Of a stretch of DNA of 64,000 nucleotides, positions 1-7,651 are shown in pieces. The notes under the pieces were generated by a model that worked only from the letters and a program-made list of their open reading frames with translations, was not told the DNA's origin and did no database searches. Positions within the stretch are counted from its first letter, which is position 1. The number at the start of each line of letters is the position of its first letter. This DNA is from a virus. The stretch is taken from IMG/VR virus record IMGVR_UViG_3300037478_000520, positions 49,661-113,660 of that record; one strand, written 5' to 3'. The position numbers and the translations under genes are program-made.

Positions 1-2107
1 GTAGCCGGATGCCGTCAACGTCGGCGAACAGGTCAGAGAACACGACCGCGTTGCCCGCCTCGTTGACGACAGGGTACTTGCCCGCTGCGCTCGTGTAGTT
101 CGCAGGCGTGTCTGTCAGCGCGATAAATGTGGTCGACCCACCTCCATCGTCGACCGCCGCCCAAGTGGAACCGTTGTAGACCTCGAGCTGCGCTGTCGTC
201 GTGTTCCAAACGATGTCGCCATCCTCGGCCGGCAGCGCGTTTCGCTCCGTCGTGTCCAGACGGCTAGCGAACGTGACGTGGAACTCCAGACCGGTTTCCG
301 CGTTGTTGATGCGCGGAACGGCGCGGGCGAACGCAGTGCCAGCGGACGTGTACGAAGATGGCGTGTCGGTCAGGCTAAGAAACGTGGTCGAACCAACCCC
401 GATCTGAAACCACGCAGACCCGTCGTAGGCGTCGATGGTATTGGTCGTCTCGTTGTAGACGACCAGACCCTCTCGCGGGCTGCTGATCGCGTCGCGCTCG
501 GCGGTCGTGACGGTCGGGAAACCGATCCCTAGGTTGACGCTCTGGAAGTCGATTGCCGCGCTAGCGTGTGGGGTCGTGCCACCGAGGGAGATTTGCGCGA
601 CGTTCCTGATGTCGAACGCGTTGAAATCGAGGTTCGCGTCAATCTCGGGCTGAATCGGCCGGATGATCAGCGCGTCGGAGCCAAGGCTGACCAGTGCATC
701 GGTGTTCACCGCAAACATGTTGTTCGCGTACTTCGAACCGCTGTTGACGAAGAACTGCCGTCCAGGCGGGAACTGGTAGTTAAATTGGAATCCAGGAGCT
801 CGCGACCAAGCACCCGAAGAAGCGGTGTAGACACCGTTCTCGCTCGGTGCGGATTGGTTGGCTACGAGCACCGGGTATCCCTCTGACAGGATCACACCGT
901 CGACATCCGCCAGCCCGCTCAGCCCATGGTCGGATACCGTCGCCGCCTGAACGAAGGCGAGCCTGTCCAGCTCGTTGAGCATAGGGACGATGGCAATTGC
1001 TGTAGCGCCAACCGTGATGGCCGTGTCATTGACGACGCTAAACAGCTTGTCACCGTAGGTAGCGCCCTCGTTGACGTAGATCATCAGGCCGCCGAAGATT
1101 CCGGCCCCAGTGTCATACGGAACCGTGCGCGTCCAAGCGCCCGCAGTGTCGACCGTGTAGATGCCGTTCTGGGAAGGGGTGGTCTGCGCCCAACACAGGA
1201 ACGTGTCACCGGTAACCAGGGTCACCGTATCGGAAACCGCTGGTCCCGTGAGAGGAGCATTACCGGTCGCTGCAGCACGCACGATTGCGTAGCCGGACGA
1301 AGTCGCGCTTGTCGACGTGATCGCCACCCAGCTCGACCCATCCCAGTATTCAAACTGGTTGGTCGTCTCGTTCCAGATGAGCAGTCCTGTCGCCGGAGAT
1401 CCGATTGCGTCTCGCTCGGCGGTCGTCAGCGACGGGATTAGAATTCCGCTATTGTTGACCTGGGAGAAGTCGATGATCGCGCTCGCGTCACCCGACGTTC
1501 CGGAGATGATCGACCCGCCATTCAGAATCAGGTCGCCGCCGTTTAGGTTCAGGTCGCCATCGATGAGCGGCTGCAGCGGCCCGATGTTGATCGACGTCGT
1601 GCCGATGAGTACGGCGTTGTCGTTGCGAACCGAGAAGAGCGTGTCGCCGAAGCTCGCGCCGGCTTTCACGTAGATCAACTGACCGGGGAAAATCTCCGGG
1701 TCGGCATCGTAGGCAGCCGCGCGCGTCCACGCTCCGCTTGTGTTGACCTCGTAGATGCCATTCTCAGTGCCAGCCGATTGCATCCACGCGAGCACAAGGT
1801 CGCCGTTGATCAGCGCCGTACCGTCGATCGTCCCGCCGCCCGTCAGTGCATGGTTGCCCGTGGTGGCCAGTCGCACAACCGCTGCGCCCCACCCGCTACC
1901 GCCGTCTCCGCCGCCCACTCCACCACCGCCGCCGCCACCAACCGCGCCCGACATGTCGACGACGTAGCGACGGTTCGGCGAGTCGGCGGAGCCAACCGCA
2001 CCGGGCGCAACGATGTTCAGGATCTTATAGGTCCCGTCGATCGTGAGTCCGTTGACCTGGATCTCGTCGATGCCGATGTGAATCCAGGACGGTGGTGTTC
2101 GTGGCAT
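1..2107 (-). CDS. Tail fibre protein, 3' end runs off the window
   Basis: Not in the ORF track (no stop in window). Manual translation from ATG 2107 gives MPRTPPSWIHIGIDEIQV..., a Gly-rich linker, three copies of the phage fibre module VRLATTGNHALTG..TIDG..L..GD.VL...Q....ENGIY.V...GAWTRA, and three TT(A)ERDAI...GL..WN.TT..YDGS.W modules. It lies downstream of the baseplate genes. Confidence 0.8.
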   Translation of the reverse strand, partial: MPRTPPSWIHIGIDEIQVNGLTIDGTYKILNIVAPGAVGSADSPNRRYVVDMSGAVGGGGGGGVGGGDGGSGWGAAVVRLATTGNHALTGGGTIDGTALINGDLVLAWMQSAGTENGIYEVNTSGAWTRAAAYDADPEIFPGQLIYVKAGASFGDTLFSVRNDNAVLIGTTSINIGPLQPLIDGDLNLNGGDLILNGGSIISGTSGDASAIIDFSQVNNSGILIPSLTTAERDAIGSPATGLLIWNETTNQFEYWDGSSWVAITSTSATSSGYAIVRAAATGNAPLTGPAVSDTVTLVTGDTFLCWAQTTPSQNGIYTVDTAGAWTRTVPYDTGAGIFGGLMIYVNEGATYGDKLFSVVNDTAITVGATAIAIVPMLNELDRLAFVQAATVSDHGLSGLADVDGVILSEGYPVLVANQSAPSENGVYTASSGAWSRAPGFQFNYQFPPGRQFFVNSGSKYANNMFAVNTDALVSLGSDALIIRPIQPEIDANLDFNAFDIRNVAQISLGGTTPHASAAIDFQSVNLGIGFPTVTTAERDAISSPREGLVVYNETTNTIDAYDGSAWFQIGVGSTTFLSLTDTPSSYTSAGTAFARAVPRINNAETGLEFHVTFASRLDTTERNALPAEDGDIVWNTTTAQLEVYNGSTWAAVDDGGGSTTFIALTDTPANYTSAAGKYPVVNEAGNAVVFSDLFADVDGIRL

Positions 2108-2284
2108 TTGGTTACATTCGCTCCCGAGGCGCGGTCGTGTGGTCTAGAAGGATGGGGCTTCCATGAGGGAACTTGCACGCGTAGGCACGCATACCGTCAC
2201 GGTCGAACGACGGCGCGCGTTCCAGAGGAGAACCGCAAAGCCGGCATCGGACGACTATCGACTTTCCAGCGAACTCGATTTCCA

Positions 2285-3178
2285 TCAGTCTGCCGCAGCG
2301 TCCTGCAGGCCGAGCACGATGACTGTGAAATTCATCTTATCGATGGGATATCCCAACTGCTTGATCTTGCCACCGTCATTCAAGTCAGCGAACGGGTACA
2401 AGCAGTAGAGTGAGAATTCCTGGTTGGTGCGCGAAAACCCGGTGCTTTCGAAATTGTGGAACGGTCGCACCTCAGCGAATCGGGCTGCACCGGTGTTAGG
2501 GTCGGTCGAAAGCAGCCAACTAGATGTCACAAACACGCCGTAGTTGACGGTAGGAAATCCATCTGTCATGCGAACACGCATGTAAGGTCCGCTCGAGACA
2601 ATCGATTCGATGTTGAACCCATCGATGATTGTGTTGTCGTAGATGTGCGCCCACGCCTTGATTGTGTTGCGTGCGGTGATCGTGTTTACGAAGCCAGTTG
2701 AGTGGTGAGGATTTACTTGCGACGACGCACCCGTGTGCTGGGCGAACCGGATGTGCCCGCGAGACAAGAGTGCCTTACCGCCGCTCATGCCTTGCGCCTC
2801 GATCGCATGGCCGTTCAGCGACTGCGCAAATACTCCGACCGCTTCACCGTTTTCGGCAAGGCCTGTCACGGCCTTGTGGAATCTCGTATCTCCAGTGCTC
2901 GTTCCAACCAGACCAAAAGGAGCCGTCCCGAGCACCCCGATCCCAGTTGCCTCGTTTGAAATGCCATGGATGGCGTTGCCCGTGTTGCCGTTGTCGGCGA
3001 CCTCCAAGGCACGAGTCGAGAAGTTCTTGGTAGGGAGCACCGTCTGAACGATCGCCTTCATTCGATCGGCAAGCCGCTTCCCGAACTCCACGCTAGCCGC
3101 GGTGACTTCCTCGCCAGGGTTGGGTACCTGGATTGTCTCAGTCGATGTGGCGCCGTCCGGCGTGTAGGTCGTTGGCAT
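2285..3178 (-). CDS. Putative tail fibre / baseplate-attached protein
   Basis: 297 aa with Gly/Ala-rich G..G.S repeats, located between the baseplate wedge and fibre genes. Confidence 0.55.
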   Translation of the reverse strand: MPTTYTPDGATSTETIQVPNPGEEVTAASVEFGKRLADRMKAIVQTVLPTKNFSTRALEVADNGNTGNAIHGISNEATGIGVLGTAPFGLVGTSTGDTRFHKAVTGLAENGEAVGVFAQSLNGHAIEAQGMSGGKALLSRGHIRFAQHTGASSQVNPHHSTGFVNTITARNTIKAWAHIYDNTIIDGFNIESIVSSGPYMRVRMTDGFPTVNYGVFVTSSWLLSTDPNTGAARFAEVRPFHNFESTGFSRTNQEFSLYCLYPFADLNDGGKIKQLGYPIDKMNFTVIVLGLQDAAAD

Positions 3179-3184
3179 GCGTTG

Positions 3185-3868
3185 CTACCCGTTCCAGTAC
3201 ACAGCGGCTCCGCTGCGTTGTGTTGGATCTCCCCATGTCCCGTCAGGCTGCTCGACGGCCCACGTTCCAGGATCCGTGACCACAATGATGTGTGAGCACC
3301 ACGTATGCGCAGGCTTCCACTGCCGGATGATTTGCCGGATGTCCGCTAAGTGCGTTGTGTTTGCCCCGAGCCCATCCCAAGGGTGCCCGTCGTCGTAAAG
3401 GCTTCCATCGTCGTACTCGATGCCCGCCTCGTGCGTGAACGGGTGACCGGTGAGTACGACCCAAAAGCGCGCCCACGCGCCGGTGTTTCCGTCCCAATCC
3501 CAGTCATCGTTTTCAACGACCTCGGCCGTGTAGCCGAGCAAGGCTAGCTGCGAAACGATCGCGTGTGGCGTGCCTGCAAACAACCATGCAGTCCACGCGT
3601 CGCCAAGACGAGCCCGATATTGCTGAGCCGTCTCGGACGGGACCTTGCCCATCTTACGTTCGGTGCCGATCAGCTTCAGAACGCTCGGGAGGCCGCTCGG
3701 ATTGCGGAATGCCCGCGCGCGAATAGCAAGCGTGTCGCCTTCTAGCCCCAAGTGATTCAAGAACGGGCAGATCGTTCCGAAGTACCGGTCTGCGTTGGGT
3801 CCAGAATAGCAACTCGGCATGACTTCGAGTTGGTAGTCGAAGTACGCGGTCTCCGGAGTCTTAGTCAT
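3185..3868 (-). CDS. Baseplate wedge protein (P2 gpI / Mu gp48-like)
   Basis: Motifs ETAQQYRARL..AW..W..AGT and IRQWKPAHT; immediately follows baseplate J. Confidence 0.7.
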   Translation of the reverse strand: MTKTPETAYFDYQLEVMPSCYSGPNADRYFGTICPFLNHLGLEGDTLAIRARAFRNPSGLPSVLKLIGTERKMGKVPSETAQQYRARLGDAWTAWLFAGTPHAIVSQLALLGYTAEVVENDDWDWDGNTGAWARFWVVLTGHPFTHEAGIEYDDGSLYDDGHPWDGLGANTTHLADIRQIIRQWKPAHTWCSHIIVVTDPGTWAVEQPDGTWGDPTQRSGAAVYWNG

Positions 3869-3876
3869 CGCTATGA

Positions 3877-5085
3877 TTAGACCGGCACAACGTCAGCGAT
3901 GGTGATCTGCGGTATCGCGACGAAGCCTTTTGGAATCGACTGGTTTACGGCCGGCGAAAAAGTCAGGTTGACGACCCCAGGAACAGCCGCAGCGGATCGG
4001 TAAACCTGTCCAATAAGTAGAAACCCTCCGAAGTCCAGCGGGTCGACCTTGGTGCCGCCGATCGGCACGAGCGCGAAGTAGTCCTCAATTGCTTCAGTTA
4101 CCGCGACGGCGATGCCGTCCTGATAGGCAGCCTCACAAATGATGACCACTGAGATGGCGATCGGAATGTCAGTTGCGGATTGGATGGTAACCGTCGAGCC
4201 GATTGGAACGCGGCGTACGATTCCGAGTCCCGCATTGCCATTGACGTAGTCGTTGACATCCGTGACGGATGCCGCGTCAGCACCACCTGTGACGGTAGCC
4301 AAGTACACACCGACGTTTCCTGTCCCAGTCGCGTCCTGGTCGTCGACTTGAACGCGGGTAACCGCTTCGGCGGCGAGAAGCGCCCAGTAGATGTAGGCGT
4401 CTCGTGGACCTGTGGCGAATGCGAGCGTTGCCCACTTGCTCGTGTTGCGAACTTTGAGCTTTAGATCCGACTCCTCGTTGGCGCCCTCGATAGTCAGCCA
4501 TGATTCGACCGGAGTTAGCGGAGGATTTGGGAAGTTGGTTAGCGTGACTCCGCTGATCGGAGTCTGGAGTTCCAGCGTGGAAGTCGCGCTCGTAGCCAGT
4601 TGCGTGCCGACGTTGCCATCCGCTCCAGCCACTTCCGCTTTCAACAGGAACTGGTACGCGACCAACGGGTCTACGATCGTCCCAGCGCTGTCGATGCGGT
4701 AGGTTAGTCCCGTGTTCCGGTCGACGACCACTTGCTCGCCAGCAACGATATCAATCGGCAGCGATGCGTCCGACCCGGCGGTGAGTTGAACGTATCCCTC
4801 CGTCCGCACCGCCTGCAGTCGTTGGTTGTCGTAGTGGCTGTCCGAGAATACGGTCAGCCAGTCACCCTCTGCAGTTTGGTTGTAGCCACCGCGCGCAATC
4901 AGCGCAGTAACCCGCGTGCGGTCTGCGAAGAACGCCGCGCACGCGAACGCGATGTCGCGTGCTGCCGTGCCATCGCCCCACGCCGTTATGTCGATCTCAT
5001 GTTTTCGGAGTTGCTCGATGAGAAACTCCTCCGCCTCATCGAGAGAGAGAATCTCGGAGAGTTGCTCAATCGTTGGTGACGCCAC
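3877..5085 (-). CDS. Baseplate J-like protein (Mu gp47 / P2 gpJ)
   Basis: Motifs TAEGDWL, A.VAGADGN, GANEESD..L..R, G...AY.YWAL, G.G.V.VY. Confidence 0.88.
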   Translation of the reverse strand: MASPTIEQLSEILSLDEAEEFLIEQLRKHEIDITAWGDGTAARDIAFACAAFFADRTRVTALIARGGYNQTAEGDWLTVFSDSHYDNQRLQAVRTEGYVQLTAGSDASLPIDIVAGEQVVVDRNTGLTYRIDSAGTIVDPLVAYQFLLKAEVAGADGNVGTQLATSATSTLELQTPISGVTLTNFPNPPLTPVESWLTIEGANEESDLKLKVRNTSKWATLAFATGPRDAYIYWALLAAEAVTRVQVDDQDATGTGNVGVYLATVTGGADAASVTDVNDYVNGNAGLGIVRRVPIGSTVTIQSATDIPIAISVVIICEAAYQDGIAVAVTEAIEDYFALVPIGGTKVDPLDFGGFLLIGQVYRSAAAVPGVVNLTFSPAVNQSIPKGFVAIPQITIADVVPV

Positions 5086-5086
5086 G

Positions 5087-5488
5087 TCAATTGACCTCTC
5101 GGAGCAGCTCGACCGTCAGGTCAGGAAACTCGACCACAGCCTCAAACGGCCCATCTCGGTCGGTCAGACGAAGATGAATCTGGATGTGATTCGGGTCGTT
5201 GCTGTGCGTCGTCACCGTCACGGATGCATTGAGGACCCGCTCATCCTGCTCGGCCTGCTCAGTGCACTTGGCGTTGATGTAGGATCCCGTGACACCGCTC
5301 GCGCTGAGCTGCGCTTTCAGGTCAAACCCGCGAGCAGGCGACCTCGGCCAGTGCCCGCGCGCGTAGGTGAAACGTCGAGCGATGTCGATCGCCAGTGCGC
5401 GACGCCCCGAGCACGTCGAAATGGTCGCGCTGAAGTCAAGCCCCGGGCCGAAGCCGTCGAATGTGCTTCCAAGTCCAAGGTTTGCCAT
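5087..5488 (-). CDS. Baseplate wedge / sheath initiator (gp25/gpW-like)
   Basis: 133 aa with a QDERV...V.V motif, directly upstream of baseplate J. Confidence 0.65.
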   Translation of the reverse strand: MANLGLGSTFDGFGPGLDFSATISTCSGRRALAIDIARRFTYARGHWPRSPARGFDLKAQLSASGVTGSYINAKCTEQAEQDERVLNASVTVTTHSNDPNHIQIHLRLTDRDGPFEAVVEFPDLTVELLREVN

Positions 5489-5562
5489 GTTTTCCCAAAC
5501 GGTTCCGCTGAGTTAGGGGTATCCGGTTGTTCGCCGTTCGCTGACGACGTACGCTTTTCGCT

Positions 5563-6624
5563 ATGCGCACGACCATCTTCCTATTTGCGCTCGTCGCGGC
5601 ATGCGCCGCGGAGCAAGCCCCCACCACGCCCTCTGAGCCCGTCCAGCGCGACGCCGTGACGCTCGGTACCGGCGGTGGCGCGCGGGCAGTGCGGGGCGAC
5701 GTGGGGCTTTCTCTGGCCGCGTTTGGCGACGATGGCGCCGACGATCCGAGTGGCCAGGGTCCGAATGGCCCAGGCGGCGCGGTCGACCCTTCGGAGTCGA
5801 CTCCGGACCCTCCTGAGCAGCTGGCCGGCACGGACATGCCGGTTGCCGGAGGCGGGGCGCCGGAGCCGGTGGATTCGACAAGCGACGTTGCGAGCCCAAT
5901 CCCGAGCGGTGAGTTGGCCAACTTGCTGATCGTGTTTGATCGCTCCCAAAGCATGGGGGAGCGGTGGAGTGGTGAGCCGCGCTGGCAAGCGGCCGGCCTC
6001 GCCGTTGCCCGTGCCATGAGCGCGTTGCAGCCCGACCACCTCGGCGCCATCACGACAGGCGCTGTGCTTTTGCCAACGCCGGACCCGAACGCTACGCCGA
6101 CATGCGTCGAGCCCTCCGGGGTTACCTGCGTCTTCGTTCCAGGCGAACCGGCTGACGCGGACAACTGCATGGTAGCGCCCGGGGCGACCTCGCACATTGC
6201 ACTCACGTCGGGCTACGATTTCTTGGACGCGTTCACCGTTGGGCCAGATGGAGCGCCGTTCTACTTCCCGATTCAGAGCGGCTCCACGCCTCTGAGGGAG
6301 GGACTGCTAGAAGCTCAGCGCGCGCTCGGCGACGCGACTCTTGTGGGGCAAACCGCCGTGGTCGTGATCACAGACGGCGAACCGGACTGCGGATGGGACG
6401 CTAGCGTCGCCACCAGCGTGGTGGCCGAATGGCGCGAGCAAGGCATCATCACCTACGTGATTGGGCTGCCCGGCCCAGACGGGGCGTTCGCCGGTGGTGC
6501 TGGCGGGGCATCGGCACTGAATGCCATTGCCGTGGCGGGCGGAAGCGTGTCGATGATCACGCCGGGCAGCGCTCCGGGCATGCAAGCTAAGTTGCTGTCG
6601 ATCTTGCGTGGCGAGGCGCTGTGA
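5563..6624 (+). CDS. von Willebrand factor A domain lipoprotein (moron on the opposite strand to the tail operon)
   Basis: Lipobox LVAAC, Pro/Gly/Asp linker, MIDAS motif DRSQSM, TPL, VVITDGEP, TYVIG. Confidence 0.85.
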   Translation: MRTTIFLFALVAACAAEQAPTTPSEPVQRDAVTLGTGGGARAVRGDVGLSLAAFGDDGADDPSGQGPNGPGGAVDPSESTPDPPEQLAGTDMPVAGGGAPEPVDSTSDVASPIPSGELANLLIVFDRSQSMGERWSGEPRWQAAGLAVARAMSALQPDHLGAITTGAVLLPTPDPNATPTCVEPSGVTCVFVPGEPADADNCMVAPGATSHIALTSGYDFLDAFTVGPDGAPFYFPIQSGSTPLREGLLEAQRALGDATLVGQTAVVVITDGEPDCGWDASVATSVVAEWREQGIITYVIGLPGPDGAFAGGAGGASALNAIAVAGGSVSMITPGSAPGMQAKLLSILRGEAL

Positions 6625-6811
6625 AACCCTGCAAAGAGTCTGAAAAGCCAATCGGTCAAACCGCGATGGACTGTCCGCATTGCGGGGCTAACCCCGCATC
6701 CCATCCAGCACCGCGCACAGCATCGCAATCGCGACGATCAGCGTTGCGAGATCGATAGCGTCGATCATTGTTCTGGCCTGTCTGCCACCCCCGGATGTGG
6801 GCGACGTCTGA

Positions 6812-7003
6812 TTCGCGAGAGGTCCGGTGGCGCGAAAACCCCGGGGACCGCTCGCAAACTGGCTAAGAATGCGGGGATATTAGCGAAATCCGATGGTCGT
6901 CAGCCCAAAGCAGCTTCCGTGGTAAACGTCCTGTAGCGCGTAGCGACAGGCACTCGCAAACCGACTTGCAAGCGCGTGGGATCTTTGACAATCTAGCGGA
7001 CCT
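6812..7003 (+). promoter_or_regulatory. CRISPR leader of array 1
   Basis: 6812-6859 matches 43804-43851 (47/48) and 6966-6997 is identical to 43959-43990 (32 nt). The blocks lie at nearly the same distance from the first repeat of each array (192 vs 193 nt). Confidence 0.85.
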
Positions 7004-7627
7004 GTCGCACAAGGCCCTCGGCGCCTTTGAAGCCGAGACTCCTGTGCTCCGGGCGGGGCGACCATTGCGAGGCAGTGTCGCACAAGGCCCTCGGCGCCTT
7101 TGAAGCCGAGACTTGTGCTCGAGGGCGCGCAAGGCATCGGAAAGTCTACCGCGGTCGCACAAGGCCCTCGGCGCCTTTGAAGCCGAGACGTGGGGGCGAG
7201 CGCGGTGGCGCGCGCCGGACTCGGGTAGTCGCACAAGGCCCTCGGCGCCTTTGAAGCCGAGACCGGCTGCAGGACGTGCTGGATTGGCTTGCGAGCCGGG
7301 GGGTCGCACAAGGCCCTCGGCGCCTTTGAAGCCGAGACGTGATCAGCCGCGTAGACCGCCAGCAGCGTCCACGCGGTCGCACAAGGCCCTCGGCGCCTTT
7401 GAAGCCGAGACTCTTGTTCTTGCATCTCTCCAAGAATCGCCCTATGGGGGTCGCACAAGGCCCTCGGCGCCTTTGAAGCCGAGACCCCAATCCCAGGTCG
7501 GAGACGGAACTCGCGCAGTCGTCGCACAAGGCCCTCGGCGCCTTTGAAGCCGAGACCGTAGGTCTGTGAGCACGTGGTGCAAGCCGATGGAGTATCACAA
7601 GGCCCTCGGCGCCTTTGAAGCCGAGAA
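7004..7627 (+). CRISPR. CRISPR array 1 (orphan): 9 repeats, 8 spacers of 35-41 nt
   Basis: 36-nt repeat GTCGCACAAGGCCCTCGGCGCCTTTGAAGCCGAGAC at 7004, 7077, 7154, 7228, 7303, 7376, 7450, 7521. Degenerate terminal repeat GTATCACAAG...GAGAA at 7592. Stem CTCGGC/GCCGAG. Confidence 0.98.
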
Positions 7628-7651
7628 ATCAGATGAAGTGCGCCTAGTGCG

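Noticed and set aside
6985-6990. TTGACA in the repeat-proximal leader as an array promoter
   Set aside because: The matching -10 position falls inside the first repeat with a poor hexamer.
6863-7598. ORFs with repeated peptides over array 1 (and 43959-44925 over array 2)
   Set aside because: They are translations of CRISPR repeats, not genes.
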